This document shows, one piece after another, positions 8,907 to 17,939 of a DNA stretch of 64,000 nt. Made by a program: the position numbers and the translations under genes. Source of the DNA: Spirochaetia bacterium (GTDB lineage: Bacteria; Spirochaetota; Spirochaetia; SZUA-6; Bin103); contig CBDBDQ010000005.1 of assembly GCA_965203905.1 (NCBI GenBank), forward strand, positions 3,136,001 through 3,200,000, written 5' to 3'. The notes under the pieces are model-generated. The model saw only the letters and a list, made by a program, of their open reading frames with translations. It ran no database searches and was not told the origin of the DNA. The first letter of the stretch is position 1. Each line of letters begins with the position of its first letter.

Positions 8907-9128
8907 ATGACCAGACGTGGTGTAGACATCGCATCGATGACGGCGCAGGAGCGCCTGAGCCTTCTGGACGCGCTCTGGGACAGCTTGGCGGCCACGCCTG
9001 AAGCGATTCCGCTGACCGAAGCGCAGTGTGCGGAACTGGACCGACGGCTGGACGACTTGGAGGTCGAGGGTCCGGTCGGCATTCCCTGGGAGGAGGTTCT
9101 CAGCCGAATCAGCAGTCCGCGCCGGTGA
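8907..9128 (+). CDS. Putative addiction-module antitoxin (TIGR02574-type)
   Basis: ERLSLLDALWDSL...ELDRRL...IPWEEV; TATACT 6 nt upstream of the ATG. Confidence 0.85.
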   Translation: MTRRGVDIASMTAQERLSLLDALWDSLAATPEAIPLTEAQCAELDRRLDDLEVEGPVGIPWEEVLSRISSPRR

Positions 9129-9242
9129 AGCGGGTCGTCGTCCGGCCGGCGGCTGCCGCCGACATCGAGGATAGGCGACACTGTTGTCGTCGTCGCATGC
9201 ATGCACGCCAAGCGAGATCCGCGTCGTTGGCAGCGTCGTACC
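9125..9242 (+). pseudogene. RelE/ParE-family toxin with internal deletion
   Basis: GTG overlaps the antitoxin stop; MKRVVVRPAAAADIED joined out of frame to IGDTVVVVACMHAKRDPRRWQRRT. Confidence 0.8.
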
Positions 9243-9368
9243 AGATCTCCAGAACGAAGCTTCGACTCGGTTCCACCGGACTACCGGCGCGCCTTCGGAA
9301 TATTGGTGCGGCCGGTGCGCTGGCCAGGGAACGCCCGGCACCGTACCATGTCAGAGGGAGGGAGCGGC

Positions 9369-9911
9369 GTGCTGACGGGGTTGTTCTGGTTCGCGGCAAT
9401 ATTCGGGGTCGGCGTCACGGTGATCGACCTCCTCGGCCTGATCGGCGACCAGGGCGACAACGGCGGCCAAGATGGCTCCCAGGGCGAAGCTGGCGGGGCC
9501 CCGGTGTTGTCGTTCCTGCGCTGGGCCCGCACCATGGTCTACTTCTGCCTCGGGTTCGGGCCCTTCGGGCTGGCCGCGGGCGCGTTCGGATCCGGCTTCG
9601 GCGGGCGCCTGGCGTGGTCGCTGGCGGGCGGCGCCGCAATGGCCGTCCTGGCGCGGCTGTTCTTTCGCTTCCAGCGCACCCGGCTCGACTCCAGCCTGCA
9701 GGACGAAGAGTTGCTGATGGAGCCGGCCACCGTCATCGTGGCGATCGCGGCTGGCGGGATGGGCAAGGTGCGGGTACATTTTGGTCAGAGCGTGGCCGAA
9801 CGCTACGCGCGCGCCGAGCAGGCCGATCAGGAGTTCGCGGTGGACGACCGAGTTATCGTCTCGCAGGTCACCGACCAGTGCGTCTACGTACGCAGGGAGG
9901 ATTCATGTTAG
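9369..9911 (+). CDS. NfeD-like membrane protein
   Basis: Three hydrophobic segments plus C-terminal OB-like GMGKVRV...VIVSQVTDQCVYV; precedes SPFH genes. Confidence 0.75.
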   Translation: MLTGLFWFAAIFGVGVTVIDLLGLIGDQGDNGGQDGSQGEAGGAPVLSFLRWARTMVYFCLGFGPFGLAAGAFGSGFGGRLAWSLAGGAAMAVLARLFFRFQRTRLDSSLQDEELLMEPATVIVAIAAGGMGKVRVHFGQSVAERYARAEQADQEFAVDDRVIVSQVTDQCVYVRREDSC

Positions 9912-11275
9912 AGGGCTTAGTCGGCGGCGGCGTGGGTGCCGTCGTTCTGTTCTTTGTCATCATCGGGTTGTTGCGCTCGGTAATACGGGTGTGTCCGCCG
10001 GACCAGGTGCTGGTGGTCACCGGCACCAAGACCCGGATTCGCGGCAAGAGCTACGGCTTCCGCCTGCAACGCGGCGGCTGGACCTTCGTGGTGCCCTTCT
10101 TTCAGAGCGTGCAGGGGCTCGGTCTCAGCACCATTCCCATCGACGTGCGCGTGGAAGGGGTCAACTCGGCCAACGGGATCACGGTCGGGGCCGACGCCAC
10201 CGCCTGCGTCTGTGTCGACCACGAGGACGACACCCTGCTGTATTCCGCCGTGGAACGCCTCATGGGCAAGTCGCGCGCCGAGATTCAGGAGCAGATCCAG
10301 CAGACCATGGTCGGCAACTTTCGCGGCGCCCTCAACAAGACCACGCCGCTGCAGGCCATCGGCATGGTGGAGAGCGTCGAGGAGCGCGACCGCGCCGGCG
10401 AGGGTGGCAGCCTGGCCCGCAACGAGGTCCAGCCGGACGACGACGTGGAGGGTGAACGCGCCCAGTTCCGCGCCGAGCTGCTGCGTGACAGCAACCAGGA
10501 CCTGAGCACCTTCGGGATGCGCGTGGTTTCAGTGTCGCTGCAGAAAATCTGGGACACCTCCAACTACATCGCCAACCTGGCCAACAAGACCCTCTCCCGG
10601 AAACGGCAGGAGGTGGAGATCGAGGAGGCCCGCCTGAAGGCCCAGGCGGAGCGCGCCGAATCGGATGCCAAGCGGCGCGAGACGGTGGCCGAGAACAGCG
10701 CCAATGAGAAGATCATCGCCGCGCAACAGGAACTGGAGGTGCTGCGCCGCAAGTGCGAGGCCGAGGTGGAGCAGATCCGGCTGGAGGCGGACAGCGCCAT
10801 CGCCCGCGCCGAGAGCGAAGGCGAGCGCTCCGTGCAGGAGATTGCGGTCGAGCTGCGCAAGCTGAAGAACGTTTCGGACGTGACCCTGGAGGCGGACACC
10901 AAGCGGCAGGCCGCCGAGACCCTGGCGAGCGGCGAGAATCAGTCGGTGCAGATCGTCGAGTCGACTCACAACGACCTGCTGGACCAGAAGGCGACCATGG
11001 TCGCGAATGCCGGTGAGGTGGGCAAGATTGCCCTGTTCGTGCAGCAGCAGCTACCCACGCTGTTCGCTGCCTACGAGCGCTATGCGCGGGAGTTGAAGGT
11101 GGACAACGTGGTGATCATGGATGACGAGCGCGGCATGAACGGCCTGCTGAATCGCGGGCCGGAAGCGTTCGTCGACTTCCTGCACCGCTTCGAGGACGGC
11201 TTCGGTATCAGCGTAAAGGAGCTGCTCACCCGCAGCGAAGCGCCCGACGCGACCGGCGCGGAGGTGAAAGCATGA
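9905..11275 (+). CDS. SPFH/flotillin-like protein 1
   Basis: N-terminal TM, CPPDQVLVVTG, GGWTFVVPFFQ, long AE-rich coiled coil. Confidence 0.88.
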   Translation: MLEGLVGGGVGAVVLFFVIIGLLRSVIRVCPPDQVLVVTGTKTRIRGKSYGFRLQRGGWTFVVPFFQSVQGLGLSTIPIDVRVEGVNSANGITVGADATACVCVDHEDDTLLYSAVERLMGKSRAEIQEQIQQTMVGNFRGALNKTTPLQAIGMVESVEERDRAGEGGSLARNEVQPDDDVEGERAQFRAELLRDSNQDLSTFGMRVVSVSLQKIWDTSNYIANLANKTLSRKRQEVEIEEARLKAQAERAESDAKRRETVAENSANEKIIAAQQELEVLRRKCEAEVEQIRLEADSAIARAESEGERSVQEIAVELRKLKNVSDVTLEADTKRQAAETLASGENQSVQIVESTHNDLLDQKATMVANAGEVGKIALFVQQQLPTLFAAYERYARELKVDNVVIMDDERGMNGLLNRGPEAFVDFLHRFEDGFGISVKELLTRSEAPDATGAEVKA

Positions 11276-12675
11276 TCGGCTTCGTTGTCGTATTCAGTCT
11301 GCTGGTGATCGTCACGCTGTTCATTCAGCTCATCACCAAGATGAAGATCGTCGGCGCCGACGAGTTGGCTATCGTTGCCGGGCAGGGACGGGGGTTCTCG
11401 TCGCTGCGCGGTGGCCGGGTGTTCGTGTTCCCGCTCATCCACCGCTTCTTTCGCATGGACATGCGGCCGCGCACCACCAGCGTACGGGTGGAGTCGGCAA
11501 TTGCCGCCGGCATCGTGCCGCTCACCGTGGTGGCCACGGTCAGCTTTGCGGTCGCTTCCTCCGGCGAAGGGCTGCGCAACGCCATCCGCCGCATCCTGCT
11601 GATGACGCGCGACTGGAACGAGCTGACCGGCATCGCCACCGGCATCATCGAGGGCCATCTGCGCGACTCCATCGCCACCATGACCCCGGAAGAGGTGATG
11701 ACCGACAAGGACCGGCTGGTAATGAACATGATCCGGGTCTGCAAGGCCGACCTGGAGGGCATCGGACTGGAGATTACGGCGATGAACATCGCCGACGTGG
11801 ACGATCACCGCCTGGAGGGAGTGCGCGAGCCGGAGCTGTACATCGCGCTGCTGAAGCGGATTCAGTCGGCAAACGCCGAGGCTCAGTCGCGTGCCGCCCA
11901 GGCCCAGGCGCGGGCCGCGGCCAAGGAGGAGTCGGAGACGCGTCGTGCCGAGGTGGCGGTGCGGGACGCGGCCAACGCCAAGGAGAGCCTGCAGGCGCAG
12001 ACCCGCGTCGACGTGGCCCAGCAGGGCCAGCGCAGCGCCATCGGCGTGCAGCGCGCGGAGCGTGACGCGGTGGCACAGGTGGCCGGGATCAAGGCGCAGA
12101 TCCGGGCCGAGGAACAGCGCATCGAGATGCTGCGCGAGAAGTACCGCGCGGAGATCCTGATTCCGGCCGAGGCGGAGCGGGAACGGATGGAGTTGCAGGC
12201 GAAGACGACGGCGGCGGAGGTACGGGGACGCGCGCAGGCCGAGATCGACCAATTGACCCGTACGATCGAGATCCTCCGCGCCGGAGGAAAGTCCGCTCTC
12301 TCCGCCTACATCATCGAGCACTTCGAGAAGTTCATCGAGCCGTTCGCCCAGACCCTGTCGCTGTTTCCGGCGCAGCACGTAACGGTGATCTCGGGGGCTG
12401 GTGGGACGCACGCCCCCATCTCCGGGGTGCACCCGCATCCGGTGGAGGAGGAAAAGGCGCGGCTGACGCTGCAGGCGCTGGGCGCGGTGGCGAGCGTCGC
12501 CGATACGGAGCGGCCGGCCGCAGATGAAGCCGGGGAACGCACGGCCGCGCCGGCTGCCGGCGAGCGAGCCGTATCGACCTCGTCCCGGCCGTTCCTGGCG
12601 CGGCCGCGCGGCGCCGAGCGGCGCACCTACGGGAACCGGCCTCAACCCGGAGGACGACCGCAGCAGCCGAGCTGA
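11272..12675 (+). CDS. SPFH/flotillin-like protein 2
   Basis: GGRVFVFPLI, IEGHLRDSIATMTPEE, PAEAER flotillin-like motif; ATGA overlap with the previous gene. Confidence 0.88.
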   Translation: MIGFVVVFSLLVIVTLFIQLITKMKIVGADELAIVAGQGRGFSSLRGGRVFVFPLIHRFFRMDMRPRTTSVRVESAIAAGIVPLTVVATVSFAVASSGEGLRNAIRRILLMTRDWNELTGIATGIIEGHLRDSIATMTPEEVMTDKDRLVMNMIRVCKADLEGIGLEITAMNIADVDDHRLEGVREPELYIALLKRIQSANAEAQSRAAQAQARAAAKEESETRRAEVAVRDAANAKESLQAQTRVDVAQQGQRSAIGVQRAERDAVAQVAGIKAQIRAEEQRIEMLREKYRAEILIPAEAERERMELQAKTTAAEVRGRAQAEIDQLTRTIEILRAGGKSALSAYIIEHFEKFIEPFAQTLSLFPAQHVTVISGAGGTHAPISGVHPHPVEEEKARLTLQALGAVASVADTERPAADEAGERTAAPAAGERAVSTSSRPFLARPRGAERRTYGNRPQPGGRPQQPS

Positions 12676-12757
12676 CCGGCTTGATAGAGTACGGGATCGC
12701 GGCTTCCGGCCGGTGCCGTCGTCGGCTCGCCGCTCGACCTCGGCTGGCGCCTGAAAG

Positions 12758-13927
12758 ATGAGGGTCCGGGAGGTCAGCCTTTCCGTATTCGAACTGGCCA
12801 CGGTAACGCCGCTGCTCGCGCTGGGCGAGTACGGCCCGTCCGACGCCCGGCGCTGGCGGCCGCAACGCAGCGGCGACGCCAACTGGTGGCGCTCCCGCGG
12901 CGCCGGCGTCACCGAGCCGGTGCACCTGATGCACGTGCGCACGGACGCGGGCGTCGAGGGGCTGTGCACCGTCGGCGACGCCCGCTACCGGGTGATGAGC
13001 GAACGCGCGCTGGCTCAGCTCCGCGCGCTGGTAATCGGCGAGGACACCCTCGACCGCGAGCGGCTGGACGCCAAGCTGCGCCGCGCCGCCCGCTTCGCGT
13101 TCCTGCCGCCCGGCTGGGCCGGCGCGTTCGACAACTGCCTGTGGGACATCGCGGGCAAGGTAGCGGGGGCGCCGGTGTGCGAGCTGCTCGGACGGGAGCG
13201 CACCACTTGTCCCGCTTACTACAACAGCGGCGGCGGCTCGCTGGGAGAGGCGGTGGAGGACTCGCGGCGCGCCGTCTCGCTTGGCTTCACGGCGGTGAAG
13301 GACCACTTCGCGCAGGGTGCCGCGGAGAACGCGCGCCGGTTCGCCGCGGTGCGCGAGGCGCTGCGGCCCGAGGTGGCGCTGATGCACGACGCCGCCGGGG
13401 AAGCGTACACCTGGGCCGAGGCGGTGCAGGTGGGCCGTGCGCTGGAGGACCTGGGGTTCCTCTGGTTCGAGGAGCCGCTGTCGGACCGCGACCAGGCGGG
13501 CCTGCAGCGGCTGTGCCGGGAACTGGAGATCCCTGTCGCGGGGGCGGAGACGCTGATGCACGACCACGAGCTGTGCGCCCAGTGGTTGCTCAGCGGCACC
13601 GTCGACATTCTGCGCGGCAACGCGCGCCACGGCGTCACCCCACTGCTGGAGCTGGCCCGGATGGCCGCCGAACGCGGCACGACCGTCGAGCTGAACGGTC
13701 CCGGCGGCCTGTTCGGCCTGGTCCACGCCCACCTCTGCTGCGCCATCCCCAACACGCGCTACTACGAGTACTTCCCCGGTGGCTCCCGTGACGCCGCCGG
13801 CACCGAGATCGGCCTTACCAATCCGCCGCTGCCGGCGGACGGCGCCATCGCCCCGCCGTCCGGCCCCGGTTGGGGCGCCGAGTGGGACTGGGACTACCTC
13901 CGCCGCCAGCGCGTCGCCACCCTGTAA
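12758..13927 (+). CDS. Mandelate racemase/muconate lactonizing enzyme (enolase superfamily)
   Basis: DNCLWDIAGK, LMHD, WFEEPL, AGAET, PSGPGWG. Confidence 0.88.
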   Translation: MRVREVSLSVFELATVTPLLALGEYGPSDARRWRPQRSGDANWWRSRGAGVTEPVHLMHVRTDAGVEGLCTVGDARYRVMSERALAQLRALVIGEDTLDRERLDAKLRRAARFAFLPPGWAGAFDNCLWDIAGKVAGAPVCELLGRERTTCPAYYNSGGGSLGEAVEDSRRAVSLGFTAVKDHFAQGAAENARRFAAVREALRPEVALMHDAAGEAYTWAEAVQVGRALEDLGFLWFEEPLSDRDQAGLQRLCRELEIPVAGAETLMHDHELCAQWLLSGTVDILRGNARHGVTPLLELARMAAERGTTVELNGPGGLFGLVHAHLCCAIPNTRYYEYFPGGSRDAAGTEIGLTNPPLPADGAIAPPSGPGWGAEWDWDYLRRQRVATL

Positions 13928-14047
13928 CGCAACTCGCCGTCCGCCCGCAAGCGACAGCGGTGGTTCATCGGGGGAATGACGATGGGAGCGATCAAGGGTA
14001 GCGCTGTGGTTGTGGTGTCGTCCGCAGGCGCTGCCGGAGCAATCGGA

Positions 14048-15493
14048 TCACGGGGTGACGTGCATTTCCATAATACTCCGTGTCGCTTTCTGCAACTCCG
14101 AGGGGTTGCAATTCAGGTAGTACGCGGCAGTATCAGTAGAGATTAGCTGGGTGTGACACGCGTGCACCACTAGGCCTGCGAATCTCCCACGTCGGCTAAT
14201 TGGAGTGGTTGCTATGGGGAAGTAGTCGACATCGAAGTCCTCAACAGCACGCCAGGGTCTGGTGTCGATGCTGATGTCCTGTATGTGGGGCTCCGAAAAC
14301 TGCCTGGAGTACGCGTTACTGACGTGGAACCGCGCAGCCGTAACACTCATCCCAAACATGGATACTACCTTCATAATATCGTTGCTATCGAACGGACCAT
14401 GGACCAGGTCACGGATAGCATCTCCCGGCGCTAGAAAACTGATAGCGAAAGCGTTGGCACGTTGTTCGACGTAATCCACGTGCGTCCCCTCGGGGTTGTG
14501 TTCCAATCCGTCATAGTGATCGACGCGTACGTTTTCGAGTTGCGTTTCGGGGTCAAACAACAGATGCCCGATCTCATGTGCCAGGGTAGCGCGGCACACA
14601 AGAGGGTTGCTATTGGGCCCGGACGTATTCAGGACTATACCACGCGCAGTCCTACTGCCATTATTGACCCGAGTCGCGATCGTTGCTCCAGCTATGCTTG
14701 GTGGCAGTTCTGTCCGAACAACTGGAATGCCGAGCGTATGCTCAACTAGCTCTCTCATGGAACGGATCGGCGCTGCATCTCGGATATACAAGGCGTTTCG
14801 CGTGTGCTCAGCTAGCCCGTAACCGACTCTCCATGCCGGTGTAGTTTTGTTTCCGTAGTTGTCAGTCGTCTGAAACTGAGAGCGTACAGATACGGCGTCG
14901 CTGGCCCCTAGCTGCTCTTGCAAGGTATGGTGCACTCGTATCACGGACGCAGCTTCCGTCAGCGCCGCCGTCGCTCTCTGTGAAAGACCGATGAAGCCGC
15001 CGCTACGCAGTGTTTTGAGTCTCGCGGCGACGTCTCCACCGACAGCCGCGTCTGCTTGGAAGGCAAGCATCGCTTCGTCGAGCCCGAGTGTGAAGGCGAT
15101 GCGTTCCATTGTTCCAATGTGAATGTCGTCGGCGTCGCCGCTCTCAATGCGCTGTAGATCCTGGACCGAAACACCAACACTTTGCGCTACTGTCGCAATG
15201 TCTATACCGATAGCCTCCCGCTGGCTGTGCAATGCCTTGCCTACCGCATTCGGGCGCGACAGCAGAACAGCGGAACCGTATTCCACGGCTTCATCGAGCA
15301 CGTCTATCCCATATGCAACAAGCGCCTCATAGGCACTGATTTCCCTCCCCCAGTGCTGGCGCTCGCCGTCGTAAGGACTGAGTTCGGAGCGCCCGCGCAC
15401 GAACTTTCGCGTAGACTGTAGAGCAGCTTCTGGAGCTGTAGGAGCTTGCGTCCTGAAAATCTTCATTAGTAGCTTGGCGTTGTTCGGGTTCAT
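14048..15493 (-). CDS. Xre-HTH plus ImmA/IrrE (M78) zinc metallopeptidase fusion with extra N-terminal region
   Basis: HTH-like QREAIGIDIATVAQSVGVSVQDLQRIESG; RATLAHEIGH (HExxH); EQRANAFAISFLAP; lower GC than the flanks. Confidence 0.85.
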   Translation of the reverse strand: MNPNNAKLLMKIFRTQAPTAPEAALQSTRKFVRGRSELSPYDGERQHWGREISAYEALVAYGIDVLDEAVEYGSAVLLSRPNAVGKALHSQREAIGIDIATVAQSVGVSVQDLQRIESGDADDIHIGTMERIAFTLGLDEAMLAFQADAAVGGDVAARLKTLRSGGFIGLSQRATAALTEAASVIRVHHTLQEQLGASDAVSVRSQFQTTDNYGNKTTPAWRVGYGLAEHTRNALYIRDAAPIRSMRELVEHTLGIPVVRTELPPSIAGATIATRVNNGSRTARGIVLNTSGPNSNPLVCRATLAHEIGHLLFDPETQLENVRVDHYDGLEHNPEGTHVDYVEQRANAFAISFLAPGDAIRDLVHGPFDSNDIMKVVSMFGMSVTAARFHVSNAYSRQFSEPHIQDISIDTRPWRAVEDFDVDYFPIATTPISRRGRFAGLVVHACHTQLISTDTAAYYLNCNPSELQKATRSIMEMHVTP

Positions 15494-16038
15494 AGCGTTC
15501 GTTTAGCCTTGTTCATCTCTCTGTTCCAGCCCAGGCTTTGCACGTCGTAGCCGTAGCCCTCAAACACCTTCACAGCATCGGCGAGATGCTGCTCAGTACG
15601 CGCCGGATACCTACCCGATCCTCCTGACAGGTATATCGACTGATGATTGCGGAACCAGAGCTCACCTCCAATGTACGCTTCTCCACCTGCGGTCAGGTTG
15701 GTATGCTTCGGCTCCCTATTACCCAATGTATCCATCTTCTCTTCGAAGATGTAAGGTATCCCAGTGTTGTCTACTACCCATATGTACCGATGCGTGTTTT
15801 CGTGATAGTGGCGCGGCGGCTTTCCTTCAACGAAACAAGTTGCCGGAGCAGGCATTAGTCTCCGCAGGTAGGCGTTCAGACTGATCAATTGCCAAGCAGC
15901 ATCAACTATACCTTTCACAGGTGGACGTGCTGTATACCGGCTGCGGAATGACATCAAAGCTGCGGTAATCACGGATGCTAAAATAACTACTATTGCATGA
16001 GGCTTTAGCCTAGTGGGCCAGTCGCACGACCAAGTCAT
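15490..16038 (-). CDS. Hypothetical protein, toxin/effector-like (start uncertain)
   Basis: YIWVVD, KHTNLTAGGEAYIGGELWF, SGGSGRYP; stop overlaps the peptidase start (ATGA). Confidence 0.7.
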   Translation of the reverse strand: MTWSCDWPTRLKPHAIVVILASVITAALMSFRSRYTARPPVKGIVDAAWQLISLNAYLRRLMPAPATCFVEGKPPRHYHENTHRYIWVVDNTGIPYIFEEKMDTLGNREPKHTNLTAGGEAYIGGELWFRNHQSIYLSGGSGRYPARTEQHLADAVKVFEGYGYDVQSLGWNREMNKAKRTL

Positions 16039-16080
16039 CTACTTGCCGTTTAGTCACGAGATCGCACTGCACCATACTTC

Positions 16081-16110
16081 ATGGTAAGCTGCATAAGTCG
16101 AGATTGTCAA
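16081..16110 (-). promoter_or_regulatory. sigma70-type promoter for the two-gene islet
   Basis: TTGACA (16110-16105), 18 bp spacer, TACCAT (16086-16081). Confidence 0.65.
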
Positions 16111-16134
16111 GCAATCCTCGACAACGACCGAGGG

Positions 16135-16164
16135 CGACCAAGAAATGACCGACCAAGAAATGAC
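16135..16164. repeat. Perfect 15-bp tandem duplication
   Basis: CGACCAAGAAATGAC x2. Confidence 0.9.
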
Positions 16165-16208
16165 AAGGTTTCACCATACGACGACGGACAAAGAATGAGC
16201 TGGCTGCG

Positions 16209-17924
16209 TCACGAGCCGTAGCGGATTATCAGTTCCACGTCCTCCAGCCACAGTTCCGAGATGACCCGCGGGTCGCCGCGGTGCACCGCCAGCGACAACT
16301 GGTTGTCCCCGGGCTTCAGCAGATGGGGTGGGACGGCCAGCTCGCGGGTGTAGGTGATCGGATAGTCGTCCCGGAGGGTGAACGCCGGCAGCGCGGTGCC
16401 GTTGAGGCGCGCTTCGATCCGATGATCTCCGCCGGTCAGGTCGCGGAAGGAGAGTCTCAGGGTCACCGCCACCGCACGGTCCTCCCGTTGTGCTGCCGCG
16501 CAGTCGTCGGCGACGGCAACCGGAAGCACGACCGGGCGCCCCTCGGCCAGTCGCGCCGGCACCTGGGTGCGCGCCGCCGCGGTGCCGAACTCGGAACGCA
16601 GGAACAGCTCCTGCTCGGCATCGGTCCACTCCGCGAACACCGTCCCGTCGATGCCGTTGGCGTGTTGCGCCGTGCCGAGGTTGTCGAGCAGGTAGTGCTT
16701 GTCCCGGAACCGGAGCGCGTCGGATGAGCCGATCTCCCGGAGCGGCTGGAAGTCGTAGTCGGGCCCCAGCCCGTAGCCCTCGGGGTTGTAGCCGCGGTCG
16801 TCGCGAATCGCGTTCATGTTGAACAACTGGATGCCGTCCACGCCGAGTCGGTAGTGGTTGGCGGCAATCGCACGAAAGATCTCGGGAGTGGCGCCCTTCC
16901 TCTGGTAGGCGTCCACCTTGATCGACGCGTACACCGGACAGCCGTGACGGTGGCCGGCCTTGACGTCGTCGCCGATCGGCAGGCTGCTGCGGTCGTCGAT
17001 TCCCAGGATCAGGCCGTCGATCCAGCCCTGCTGCAGCCACGCGGCGACATCCAGTCCGAGCTCTCTGGACGCCGACAACGGTGCCAGGGCTCGGACCACC
17101 AGCCCGAGCCGCTTGCCACGCGCATTCCCGATATCGTCGAGCACGGCCCGCACCTGTCCCATGAACTCGCTCATGCGCGGCATCTCGGCCTCCTCCGCAC
17201 CCGGTTTGAAGAAGATGAAGGTGCGCATGAAGTCGAGCTCGACGCCGTCCAGGTCATACTTGGTGCAGGCTTCGCGGATCAGCGCGAGGCGGAAGTCGCG
17301 CACCTCCTGCCGCGCGTAGTCGAACGCCAGCGCAAAGCGCTTGCCGATGCCGGGGTGCTCGCCGATCAACAGCTCGGGGTGCTCGCGCTTCATACGGCAG
17401 ATGTAGCCGACGATGTTTTCCTCGATGAGCCGCCCGTCCTCAAGCACCGGATGGCGCAGCGGCCGGTTGAGCCACATCAACTGCGGGTTCCCCCGCCACA
17501 GCAGCCGGCTGTCGTGCAGGTCGTTCATGCGGAAGCCGATCAGCACGTCGAGCCCGCGCCGATGCCCCTGCTCCACCACCACCTGGGGCGGGTCGGCGCC
17601 CGCCTCGATCATCTCCCGTGCCCGCTCCGCGTGCAGCAGCCAGAACTTCGACTTGAACGGCGGCTCGAGCTCGTAGAATCGCTCGCCCACGTCGGTGGCG
17701 TGGGAGTAGAGGTTGGAGGCCCGTCCCGGTCCCTGTTGTGCGGCGAGTCGCTGATTGTCGGTACCCAGGGTCCAGGTGACCGCGTCGACCTGAGTGGCCT
17801 CCAGGTGCCCGACCGTCTTGGCGACGAAGTTGTCGATGCTGAACGGCAGCTCGAAGAACGGCTGGAATGGGGACACCATGGCCCCGCCGTCGTGGTTGTA
17901 CAGAAGACGATAACGTCGTTTCAT
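16209..17924 (-). CDS. Putative glycoside hydrolase (GHL10/family-10-like TIM barrel)
   Basis: LLYNHDG, FRMNDLH, FDYARQEVR, YDLDGVELDFMR, GVDGIQLFN. Confidence 0.75.
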   Translation of the reverse strand: MKRRYRLLYNHDGGAMVSPFQPFFELPFSIDNFVAKTVGHLEATQVDAVTWTLGTDNQRLAAQQGPGRASNLYSHATDVGERFYELEPPFKSKFWLLHAERAREMIEAGADPPQVVVEQGHRRGLDVLIGFRMNDLHDSRLLWRGNPQLMWLNRPLRHPVLEDGRLIEENIVGYICRMKREHPELLIGEHPGIGKRFALAFDYARQEVRDFRLALIREACTKYDLDGVELDFMRTFIFFKPGAEEAEMPRMSEFMGQVRAVLDDIGNARGKRLGLVVRALAPLSASRELGLDVAAWLQQGWIDGLILGIDDRSSLPIGDDVKAGHRHGCPVYASIKVDAYQRKGATPEIFRAIAANHYRLGVDGIQLFNMNAIRDDRGYNPEGYGLGPDYDFQPLREIGSSDALRFRDKHYLLDNLGTAQHANGIDGTVFAEWTDAEQELFLRSEFGTAAARTQVPARLAEGRPVVLPVAVADDCAAAQREDRAVAVTLRLSFRDLTGGDHRIEARLNGTALPAFTLRDDYPITYTRELAVPPHLLKPGDNQLSLAVHRGDPRVISELWLEDVELIIRYGS

Positions 17925-17939
17925 GCGTTTAGAAGTCCT

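Noticed and set aside
9026-11275. Long ORF-track extensions suggesting fusions (also 17940-19688, 21154-23526, 22773-25274, 25912-27762, 28963-30654)
   Set aside because: The upstream parts are off-frame readings of neighbouring genes; the real starts are internal, with RBS or overlap evidence
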